64,000 nt of DNA from Octopus sinensis (taxonomy: Eukaryota): assembly GCF_006345805.1 (NCBI RefSeq), contig NC_043002.1, positions 72,850,001 to 72,914,000 on the forward strand. The letters are read 5' to 3'. Under the pieces are notes generated by a model, which was not told where the DNA came from, searched no databases, and worked only from the letters and a program-made list of their open reading frames with translations. Below, one piece after another: positions 1 to 10,697 of the stretch; position 1 is the first letter of the stretch; each line of letters opens with the position of its first letter. The translations under genes were made by a program, and so were the position numbers.

Positions 1-302
1 CAAGTTGCCACACAGTGGGATTGAACCTGGAATCATGTGGTTGCGAAGCAAATTTCTTGCCACACAGCCACACCTGCTCCTGTGAATACACAACCATACT
101 CTAGATAATTTATCAGGTCATTATTTAGCTTTGTTTTTGACTCCACTCCCATTTCTAACAAACCCATTCATTAGTTCTGAATGAGGTAGTTAGATGCAGC
201 TGTTTAGACCCTGATGGTTTGGTATGGCTGAGTGGACATTTGGCTTGTTTTGGCAAGAGAGGCAAGCACATATGCATGTGCACATGCAGAGATATACACA
301 TG

Positions 303-445
303 GTAGGAGTGGCTGTATGGTAAGTAGCTTGTTTACCAACCACATGGTTCCGGGTTCAGTCCCACTGCATGGCACCTTGGGCAAGTGTCTTCTACTATAG
401 CCTCGGGCTGACCAAAGCCTTGTGAGTGGATTTGGTAGACGGAGG
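303..445 (+). mobile_element. SINE family A, 5' part
   Basis: Matches 2378-2520. Confidence 0.85.
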
Positions 446-863
446 TTAAAACATCTGTCAGATAAGTTAGTATCAAATCAGTCCTACCAAATAGGTGGCA
501 CCAAAATAGCTGTGCTGAAACATTTCATATTCTCATTAGTTTGTTTAGTCCACATTACCCCACATGGAGCACAAAGCCGGTTTACCAATTTCTCTGGCAT
601 ATATATTCGCCTCTGGATGAGATGCTGGTCTGTTGCAAGATCACTCATTTGTATCAGTTGAGTGGACTGTTTTGTTTACGAACACAACGCATCATCTAGT
701 CCAGGAATTGAAACCACAATCTTACAATCATGAGTCCAACACCCTAACCACTAAGTCAAGCACCTCTACACCCTCATTGGTTTATTCATTATTATATCTT
801 TCCTATTGTCAAGATTATGGTTGGTTTATTTAAATTGATTTTTTTTCTTCTTTTTTCTTTTAG

Positions 864-1162
864 CATTTGCATGATGAGGCATCAAAAAGGGTTTCGGAAC
901 AATATCAACACATACTTAATGATATTATTGCAGTACTCAGTCAACAGAAGGAAGCTCACCTCAATAACCTCAATGAAATAAAATCAAAAGCTATAGCATC
1001 ACTTGAATTACATTTAAATAATAGCATAAAGAGGACTAAATCAATAGATGAAATGGTTGAGGGTTGTAAAAGAATAGCAAAGGAAGAAAGTCAAAGAGAA
1101 TTATTAGAACAAGCATCTGACATTTTCACAATTCGTGCTCAAGAAATGGAACTGACAAATGA
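864..1162 (+). CDS. TRIM-like gene exon (coiled coil: HLHDEASKRVSEQ...QEMELTNE)
   Basis: Polypyrimidine tract + TAG at 861-863; donor GA|GTAAGT at 1163; open frame. Confidence 0.8.
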
Positions 1163-4100
1163 GTAAGTCTGCTGTAAATTTATTGATTTTTTTTTTTTTT
1201 AGTAACTATTAGATTGGTGCATAATTATTGCAGCTTTTTTTCAACAAATTTTATTCATCAAAAACATCTTTAAATGATTATTCCAGAGCATATTCACCAT
1301 CTACTTCAATTACTGCTTCCCATTTGCTTGTCAGACGGTCAGACCATCATTTAAAGATTTTTTTGTTAAATATTGTTATTGTTTTTGTTGAAAAAAATAC
1401 CACAGTAATTATGCACCAATCCAATATTTTAGTTAATATATAGTTTAAAACCTGGTCACAAAAAACAGCCTACTAGGTGTATTCATTTTCTACATGTTTT
1501 TTTACACCTAGTAGACTGTTTTTTTTTTTCTTTTTTTTTTCTTTTTTTTTTTTTGTGTGTGTGTGACTGGGTGCTGAACTAGATCCTGAAAGTAAGGAGG
1601 GAAAAAAAGACGGATCGTGTGAACTTTCTGACAGTCCACTCCCCACCCTTTCAGAAAATATTTTCCCTACAAATTTCTTTATGATTGTAATTTATGCTTC
1701 TTGAAAGTTGTTTCTGCGAAATTTCATTAATATATATCCATTTATGAGGGAAAAATCGGATCTTATGAATTTTCCAACAGTCCTCTTCCCACCTCTTCGG
1801 AAAACATTCTCATTGGAATTTTCTTTATAATCATAATCTGTGCCATTTGAATGGTATTCCTATAACATTTCATCAATATATCCATTTTCCTGAAAGTTAC
1901 AAGGGAAAAATCAGATCTTGTAAATTTTCAGAAAATCCTCTCCTCTGTTCATTTGCGCAAATTTTTATTTTCATATTCATTTTGTACCTAGTAGGTTGTT
2001 TTTTTTTCCATTTTCATTAACGGGTTTCAAACTATATATTAACCACTATTTTAGAAGATGTATGTATGTTATGCATGTGTGTTTATGTGAAAGTTGTTAT
2101 TTTACTTCTTTTTATTTGAACAAAATGGTAGTGCTATTTACGTTTAGTGTCAATATTGTGACAGGTCATGCTTTGTTTCAAAGACTTGTGAAATATAATA
2201 ATTCCTTACCTGAAAAACAGGTGAGGTTTGGTGACAGAAAAGGCATTCAGCCATAAAATCCTGCTTCAGAATCAATTTCAATCTGAGTCAAGCTAGCATG
2301 GAAAAACAGCCACTAAATAAATGAATTAAAGATTAAAGTTTATCTTCTGTAACTTGAGTTTCCCATTAAATGCAAACAGAGGAGTGGCTGTGTGGTAAAT
2401 AGCTTGCTTACCAACCACATGGTTCCAGGTTTAGTCCCACTGCGTGTCACTTTGTGCAAGTGTCTTCAACTATAGCCTCGGGCCGACCAAAGCCTTGTGA
2501 GTGGATTTGGTAGATGGAAACTGAGAGAAGCCTTTCGTATATATATATATATATGTGTGTGTGTCTGTGTTTGTCCCCCCCACCATTGCTTGACAACCGA
2601 TGTTGGTGTGTTCATGTCCCCATAACTTAGCAGTTCAGCAAAAGAGACCAATAGAATAAGTATTAGGCTTACAAAGAATAAGTGCTGGGGTTGATTTGTT
2701 TGACTAAAGGCGGTGCTCCAGCATGGCCACAGTCAAATGACTGAAACAAATAATAATAATAAAAGAGGCTGAAAAGCCAAGTAAAAATTTGTTCTGTGTA
2801 GTGCCTTGGGTGTCTCCTACTTTAGTCCCAGATCAACCAAAGCCTTGTGCATACATTCGGTAGGTGAAAATGAAAGAAGCCCATTGTGTGTGTGTGTGTG
2901 TATTTATGTATGTGTATATGTGTATATATGTATGTTTGTATTTTGTCATGACATCTCATTGTAGTTGTAAATTGAGTGTCACTGACATACAAGCAGTGTC
3001 ATTAATTTTCAGTATTCTGCAAAAACATGTCTGGCCATGGGAAAATATCTAGCTTGGTGATGACATCTGTCCTAAAATGAGTCTTCTAAAGAAATTATTG
3101 TCTTTATTAGGTTGAAACAGATGGAATCTTTTTACCAGGAGCTAATCGTTGAAAAGTCTGCTCAGCAATGCCTCCGATCTGTTGTAACTCGCTTTCGAAA
3201 AACAACCTTTGATGATTTGATCATTTTTCTTGGTATGTATATTTCAAAATGGTCATTTTAAAATCTTTATTTTTGTTTAATTACACCCTGCCAGCTAGGT
3301 AATTCTGAAGAATTTTTGCCTTTAGAATAGGCTATTATTTGTTCTTGTAAAGGCAGTAAGCTGGCAAAGCCATTGACACATTGAATAAAATGCTTAATAG
3401 TTCTCTTCTGGCTTTATGTTATGAGCTCAAATTATGCTGAGGTCAACTTTGCCTTTCATCCTTCAGGCTTGACAAAATAAGTACCAGCCATATACTGGGT
3501 TCAATGTTATCAACTTCCCCCTCCCCTCAAAAACTGCTGGCCCTGTGCCAAAATTTGAAACTAATATTTGTTCTTGTCAATGTGCACCTCTAATCTCTTT
3601 ACAGAATCGTGTATCGAGTACTTTCTGTGGGATATCGCGTTTAAACAGCTGTGAAACCATTTAAAATTACAAGGAAAAATGCTAGCTAGAGAAATAATGT
3701 TCTGAAGATTATAAACCTGGAAAAGTACAGGACAAGTTATTACATCTGGTAAAGTACGGAACAAGAAAAGTTTTACTTAAAATATTGCAGCTAAGGATAA
3801 AATTTCAAATAAAATATTTAGATTCAGAAAATATTAACTTTTATTAAAACTAACACTTTTATTACAAGTTATTACCTCTATTTGTTATTACTTGTTACTT
3901 CTATTAAAAATAAAAAAAATAGCTCAATTAAAATGTTTTTTGCACTTAAAAAGATTTCATTTTTTAAATTATCAATTAATAATTAGAAATTTGAAAATAA
4001 TAGTAGTACATAATTAGTCAGTACAATAAATAAAATAATACAAAAATTAGTTATATATTATAGTAAAATCTACCTATAACAACAAGTTCACAATAAAATG

Positions 4101-6419
4101 TTATTGCCAAGTCTTCACATTTTTAGTCTTGACCCAAAGCCTATTTTTTTACGTAATACATTTGCCTACCACATATACTATTCTGCTTTGCATAAAACTT
4201 TATCTACATTGGTATTTCTGGCTCTCATTTTTTAAGTATTCTAGTATGTCAATATTTTAACAAAATGATACCTTTTTTAATTAGTGTTACTTTGTAAATT
4301 AAAATCAAGTAATTTTTGATATTCAAATTTTATCCTTAGCTGGAATATTTTAAGTAAAAATTTTCTTGTTTACTAGAGGTAATAACTTGTCCTGAACTTT
4401 GCCATGTGTAATAACTTGTCCTTTACTTTTCCAGGTTTATAATCTTAAGAATATTGTTTCTCTTGCTTGCATTTTTCCATGTAATCCATATTTTTTCTGG
4501 GCTATGCTATTATGATGATTAATAATGTGTCAATTAATAGTTTAAGATTTTATCTTATTTAAAATTATCTCAATGATACTAGTGACATATATTAAAAGTT
4601 CCCTTATAGAACTATATTCATAAAAATGTATAGAACTATATTATTAAACTCAAATTTGAGAAACAAACACTCATAACTTTTTCTTTAAAAAGTTCTATCT
4701 TGTCTCAGATATTATGGGACTTTATATGATATAATTGCATTAGTATAGATGACCTAATTAAATTAATTGCAAATTAGTGGTGTCGTTGATCATTTTTTTC
4801 CTTACCTCAATGATGCCGGTGACATATTAAAAGTCCCCTTATAGAACTGTATTCATAAAAAGGGTATAGAACTATATTATCACGTTCAAATTTGGGAAAC
4901 AAACACTCATAACTTTTTCCTTTTAAAAATTCTTTGCATGAGACTGATGCCATGAAATTCCTCGAATTGAGCTCTATCATTTAAGCTCAATTAAAGTATA
5001 GTTTGTTTTTAAAATAAAAGTTAATTATACTTAAATCTAATTTTTTGCCTTACTTATATTTTTTTTCATATTTTACCTCACAACTTTCTTGATACAAACT
5101 TTTGTTGCATGAGACTAAAACTAGAAAATACCTCATGCTTTCTTCTATCATTGAAGCTAAAATGCATATAGATCTAAACTTGATTGGAGGCATTACTTAA
5201 TTTCCTATAACATAGTTACAAATTTCGATGTAAACTTTTTTCTATTGGACCAAATCTCAATTTTTTATGCCAAAATGTAGCTAGGAACCAGTCCTCTTCA
5301 AAAGTGTTAACAGTTTACAATTTAGTTCTAAATTTAAGAGCTAAAGATATCTAAAAGAAGAGTTTGGCATTGCAGTAATAATGCTAATTGTAGCATTACT
5401 TTCCAAGACCTGTTGATATCAGTTTTGTTTTTGAAAGAAAATCTACTTCAGTTCAATTGAATTATTTAAGATATGGTGGCTAACAATTATATCGAATTTC
5501 TGTTAATAGCATTTGTAGGTGAATATTAGCTGAATGGTTACTGTATCTTAGCGATACTGATAGCCTTAAATATATAGTCTTCTATTAGTCTATTTTAGAA
5601 TGAAAAAGTAATATGTTATGTAATTGGATATAGCATTCTTTGAGTAATTCTCTTTACATTTTAAGAAGAACAGTAAAGCAGTCATGCACACGCTCACATT
5701 TTCTTTCTCACTCTCACTCTCATGCATGCATGCACATATACTCATACACATTATTCATATATATATATAGTCACACACACACATTCATTCATTCATTCAT
5801 ATATATACTCACACGTTCATACACATGTAGCTGATTCTAATTATTTTTGCATTTTTCAGATGATGATAAAAACAAATGTGACCATATTGTACCTATGATG
5901 CAGGCATCACCAACCCCAAGCAAACTAAGTGGTGTTCGAGTGCAGAATAAGTGCCTAATGACATGGGGATTTAATTCTACAACGTTCACTGCAGAAGCGC
6001 TAAATGGTAATGCATTTTGGTCGGTAAACTTGGAATGTAATTCTTCTCATATGGGTGATCTTGTGTCAAACTACATATTTGGAGTTGGAATAGCATCCGA
6101 ACGCTTATCTTACAAAGACCAAGTGGGACTTCATGAGAAGTCCATTGGCATAATTTGTAGCTCTGGCTCTCTCCAATTCTGCAAGAATGGAACCTCAGAG
6201 TTTCTCATGGCATTACAAAAACCTCCACTAACAATTACAATTTTTATACGTTTTGATTATGAAAACCTGATTGTCTTTGGATACAAATTAGCTAATAGCA
6301 GCTGGGGTAATATTTTGTCAGGGAAAAAGCTTATAAAAGATCTTTCAACTGCTGAAAATCTTTATCCTGTATTTACGGTTAGTCAAAAAGTGAAGATGAC
6401 TTTTTCTAGAGATGTTTGA
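864..6419 (+). CDS. TRIM-like coiled-coil + SPRY/B30.2-domain protein, 3' part (join 864-1162, 3111-3232, 5860-6419); 5' exons outside window
   Basis: Three exons with canonical AG/GT and matching phases (0/2, 2/1, 1/stop). Helical coiled-coil-like segment followed by a beta-rich domain (FWSVNL, YIFGVGIAS, LYPVFTV) resembling SPRY. Confidence 0.75.
1598..1945. repeat. ~150-bp diverged tandem repeat, ~2.3 copies
   Basis: gaaaaa..ggatc.t.tgaa.ttt..acagtcc.ct.ccc.c recurs at ~1598, ~1747, ~1903. Confidence 0.65.
2378..2752 (+). mobile_element. tRNA-derived SINE family A, full copy
   Basis: Head ggagtggctgtgtggtaa..ggttc..gtcccactg; tail ggcggtgctccagcatggccacagtcaaatgactgaaac; many paralogues in window. 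Confidence 0.9.
3111..3232 (+). CDS. TRIM-like gene exon (LKQMESFYQELIVEKSAQQCLRSVVTRFRKTTFDDLIIFL)
   Basis: TTATTAG acceptor, G|GTATGT donor; phase 2 in and phase 1 out fit both neighbours. Confidence 0.75.
3666..4485. repeat. Long inverted repeat (arms 3666-3810 and 4321-4485), fold-back-like element
   Basis: aagattataaacctggaaaagta..ggacaagttattac..ctaaggataaaattt present in both orientations. Confidence 0.8.
4567..4935. repeat. ~130-bp direct repeat pair (4567-4697, 4806-4935)
   Basis: gtgacatattaaaagt.cccttatagaact..gaaacaaacactcataactttt twice. Confidence 0.8.
5860..6419 (+). CDS. TRIM-like gene terminal exon, SPRY/B30.2-like domain
   Basis: TTTTTCAG acceptor at 5859; 186-codon open frame to TGA 6417-6419. 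Confidence 0.8.
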
Positions 6420-6492
6420 CCATTGATATTTTTAATATATATTTAATCTCTTATCTTCTTAATGATATCTGTTATAAACTGCTGGTTTTATA

Positions 6493-6496
<4 letters not shown>

Positions 6497-6572
<76 letters not shown>
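6497..6572. repeat. (CA)n microsatellite in the 3' UTR region of the SPRY gene
   Basis: Pure CA run of ~76 nt. Confidence 0.97.
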
Positions 6573-6575
<3 letters not shown>

Positions 6576-6649
6576 AAATTTTAAGTCATCAATGAATACC
6601 TGTTTCTTATGCGTCACATATTTTAATATGTAAAGAATATCTGGATTGT

Positions 6650-6870
6650 TTAAGGTGGTGAGCTGGCAGAAACACTAGCATGCCAGGCAAAATGCTTAGC
6701 GGTATTTTGTCTGCCTTTACATTCTAAGTTCAAATTCCACCGAGGTCAACTTTGCCTTTCATCCTTTAAGGGTCGATAAATCAAGTACCAGTTGCATACT
6801 GGTGTCAATCTAATTGACTGGCCCCCTCCCCAAAAATTTGGGCCTTGTGCCTAGAGTAGAAAAGAATATC
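6650..6870 (+). mobile_element. SINE family B (Meta-domain-like core ctttgcctttcatcct..ggggtcgataaa..agtaccag)
   Basis: Copies also near 3350-3560, 15720-15910, 28870-29390, 38890-39000, 51580-51795. Confidence 0.85.
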
Positions 6871-7169
6871 TGCATTGTTTGCATCATTAATTAGAACGGC
6901 CATTAATTATCATTTCTTAGTCTCAGTCAAGATAACTTCTTGCCTCGTAAAGGTCATGGCCACTGCTTTCTCACCTGGCTGTCAAAGAAAAGAAAAGAAA
7001 AAAAAAACAGACTTCTGAATATCACATGCATCCTCCTTGCTAATCTGAGTGGACTGACTCAGATCAAGGATGCTGCTTCACCAACATAGAGTAAATGTCC
7101 ACACTTCTCTCTAATTTGTTTGTGTGGATTTTGCAAGTCAGTATAAAATCCCAAACTAGTTTGGCCAAT

Positions 7170-7380
7170 GTGTATATATATGATGATTATGTATAAGATA
7201 TCTATATATATATATATCTATATATATATATATATATATATACACGTGATAATTATCTATAATATATATATATATATATATATAATATATATATATATAC
7301 ACGTGATAATTATCTATAATATATATATATATATAATATATATATATACATGATAATTATGTATAAGATATATATATCAT

Positions 7381-7422
<42 letters not shown>

Positions 7423-7625
7423 ATATATACATGATATTATGTATAAGATATATATATCATGAGATATATATACATGATAATTATGTATAAGATATATATA
7501 TCATGATATATATATACATGATAATTATGTATAAGATATATATATCATGATATATATATACATGATAATTATGTATAAGATATATATATCATGATATATA
7601 TATATACATGATGATATATATATAA
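7170..7625. repeat. (TA)n-derived compound minisatellite
   Basis: Units catgataattatgtataagatatatatat and acacgtgataattatctataatatata embedded in TA runs. Confidence 0.9.
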
Positions 7626-7699
7626 CTATGTGATTGACCAGACTATCAGATTTGTTATACCGTGCTGGTCACAATGCACTTTGCATCCTTTTAGTTTTC

Positions 7700-7855
7700 A
7701 AATGCTTCAATAATCAAATCTTTTGAATAAAATCGAGCCAAGAAAGGAAATCTACACAGTGCTATATTTGAAATATTAAGAACAATTCTAGTAAAAGGCA
7801 AATTACATCTTACTATCTTAATATCCCGAATATCCTGTAGCCAACAATAACAGTG
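7700..7855 (-). pseudogene. ND5: NUMT: fragment of mitochondrial ND5
   Basis: In invertebrate mitochondrial code reads QDIRDIKMVSCNLPFTSIVLNISNMALCSFPFLARFYSKDLIIEAF (ND5 QDIR...LCGxPFLxGFYSKDLI motif). Confidence 0.85.
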
Positions 7856-8042
7856 GTGAGCAGGCCAACTTTCCCCCTGATCAAAAGGTGTTTCTGTCAC
7901 ATGGTTACCCATTTACAGCTGAGTAGACTGGAGCAACATGAAATGAAGTGTTTTGCTCAGAACACAATGTGCAGCCAACTTGGGAATCAAAACCATGACC
8001 TCATGATCCTGAGTGTAACACACTCAACCACTGGGCCACATT

Positions 8043-8078
<36 letters not shown>

Positions 8079-8081
8079 TAT

Positions 8082-8100
8082 ATATCTATCATATAAAATC

Positions 8101-8138
<38 letters not shown>

Positions 8139-8290
8139 CTTCTAGGATCTTGGGCATCCTCCATCCGATTGCACTCAAATTTGATATGTAGATACCGACG
8201 GTATCAGGGCATGTATAAGTCTTGAAAAAATTACAAAAATCGATTCCGGATGAGAATGCAATCGATAAATCCGTGGGAATGTACATGTGT
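8082..8290. mobile_element. Helitron/HINE-like non-autonomous fragment
   Basis: atctatcatataaaa start, (TG)n, ccgattgcactcaaatttgatatgtagata core. Confidence 0.4.
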
Positions 8291-8485
8291 AAAATCGTTT
8301 TTCTTGGAATAGAAAAAAAGTCTATCTTTATTTCTTCTTTTGCTGGTGTCTCAAATTTAGGTTAAATCAGTGTTTCTCAAAGGGGAGGCCTATGGGACAG
8401 TCGGACAAGTTGTTTTGAGAAAATTTGGTTTAAATGTTTGACAACTCAGCACTGTCCATGGACGGGGGGTGGGTGTGTTTTGCTC

Positions 8486-8526
<41 letters not shown>

Positions 8527-8859
8527 GGTTCCATTCCTACTTCACATTGGAGTGGATGACAGTAGAAAGGTTATCTAGTTCCCTTTCCTTTTGAAGCCAA
8601 AGAAAAAATAAAATCATCTCTTGAGCTAAATGAAACCAGAATAAAGACAAGTTAATTGTATCAAAAACTACATGTTTTTATTTTTATATGCACAACAGTT
8701 TTAATGGTTGTAGTTTTCTAACGAGTCAGTCAATGGTTTGTTGCATTTATAATGGTGAAAGTGTCAAGAGAATCTGATAGACAGAATGTATACCATAAAT
8801 TATTTTTGGTTGACATATCTTATTGTTTTTTTGTTTTTTTTCTCCATTATGTATAAGTG

Positions 8860-9200
8860 TCACTGCTATACATACTGACACTCTGTCGGTTATGACAATG
8901 AGGGTTCCTGTTGATCTGATCAAAAAAATACAGCCTGCTCATGAAATTAATGTGAAAGTGGCTGAATACTCCAGACACATGTAACCTTAACATAGTTCTC
9001 GGAGAGATTCAGCGTGACACACAATGTGACAAAGCTGGCCTTTTGAAATTACAGGTACAACTCGTTTTTGTCAGCTGAGTGGACTGGAGCAATGAGAAAC
9101 AAAGTGTCTTGCTCAAGAACACAATGCACAACCAAGAATCAAACTCACGACCTAAGGATCGTACACTGAATGCCCTAACCACTAAGCCACATGCCTTCAT
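8860..9200 (-). mobile_element. SINE family D (CORE-like cttgagcaagacact..gctccagtccactcagctg); copies also 19090-19310, 28390-28705
   Basis: Shared body and tRNA-like head. Confidence 0.8.
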
Positions 9201-9223
9201 ACTATACATACATGTTTTATATA

Positions 9224-9485
9224 TCACCGTGACCAACCAGGCTATCAGATGTTGCTACACATCGCTGGTCACAATGTGCTTCACATTGTTTTAGCCTTCA
9301 AATGACACTACCCTACTGTCTAAGCAAGCAGGCCAACAGAAGAAAGAGTGAGAGGAAGTTGTGGCGAAAGAGTACAGCAGGGATTGCCACCAACCCCTGC
9401 CGGAGCCTTGATCTCGGAATTGAAAAACCACAATCCTACAACCACGAGTCTGCTGCCCTAACCACTGGGCCATTGCACCTCCACA
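9224..9485 (-). mobile_element. SINE family E (tRNA-like head gtggagg.gcaatggcccagtggttaggg)
   Basis: Paralogous to 33458-33747. Confidence 0.85.
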
Positions 9486-9505
9486 TATATATATATATAT
9501 ATATA

Positions 9506-10697
9506 TATGATCATCCTATTAATAATGCAGTTTTTTCAATTGCATGAACTAAAAGCTGGAGGGGGACAGGAAAAACTACCTGCACCAACTTGCTATAAAA
9601 GCTGGTAGTAATTTTACCTTATACTTATTCTTAGTGCAAGTTTTGAAGAGTGTGGTTCGATTTTAAGTTATTTGTCAAAGCTATAATGGAAGTGACAAAG
9701 GAGTATATTTTGCTTTATGAGTTCAATAAAGGCAACAATGCAAGGAATATTATTGCAGTATATGGGGATCGGACAATCAGTGTAAGCCAGTGTCAATGGT
9801 AATTCCAGGAATTCCAAGCCGGAAACTACAGCCTAGAAAACGAGCCTCATCCTGGAAGATCTGTAGAGCTTGACAAGGAGGTCCTGCAAACCCTGGTGGC
9901 ATAAAATCACATAACTGTTGAGGAACTAGCAGAGAAACTTTGATTTGGTCATTCAACCATTCATCAACACCTGCATGCCATCAGAAAAGTCAGCAAATTG
10001 GGTCAATGGGTTCCTCACAAACTTTCTGAGTCTAATTATGTACAGAAAGGGAATGTGTGCTCTTCTTTGCTGTCATACCTCACGAATAAACCATTTTTGA
10101 ACCAAATAGGGACTGGTGACAAGAAATGAGTTCTCTATGAAAATTGTCAAGTGCTGAAGACTGGAACACCCCAAGCTAAAGAAGGTCTTCACCCATGTAA
10201 GGTGTTATTATTTGTTTGGTAGGATATGAAAAGTTTAGCCCACTTTGAACTTTTAAACCCAAACCAAGTGATAACAAAGATCTACTGCAAGCAGCTTGAG
10301 TGGCTTAAGTCAGCGCTAGAAGAAAAACAACCATCTTTGGTTTCAAGACAAAAGGTGTTCTACCATCAGGATAATGCTTGGCCACATACAGTGCGGATGA
10401 CATTCCAAAGGATGGAGCAGTTTGAATGGGAAATGATGCCTCACCCACCATATTTGCCAAACATTGCCCCATCTGATTATAATTTATTCTGTAGATGAGG
10501 TCAGGACAGTACTGGAAGAGTATTTTTCATTACAGACAAGTGAATTTTGGAAGAGGGGCCATGCAAGTCTACCAGATAAATGGAAGAGCATTGTGGAAAA
10601 TGAAGGAGAGTATATTTTAGATTTAAAAGAAACTTTGTTTATCTTAATTTAGAAAAATAAAAGTATAAAAAAAACGCATTTTTATGGGATGACCCTA
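9506..10697 (+). mobile_element. Degenerate full-length mariner (DD34D, Mos1/SETMAR-like) transposon
   Basis: Broken transposase motifs WVPHKL (10007), TGDxKW, HQDNAWPH, PHPPYLPNIAPSDY; degenerate TIRs (..tcatcctattaataatgc / gcatttttatgggatgaccc) next to TA; stops and frameshifts. Confidence 0.9.

Noticed and set aside
7691-7912. Mitochondrial contig contamination
   Set aside because: Only ~155 bp, embedded in a nuclear SINE, with apparent Gly substitutions; a NUMT fits better.
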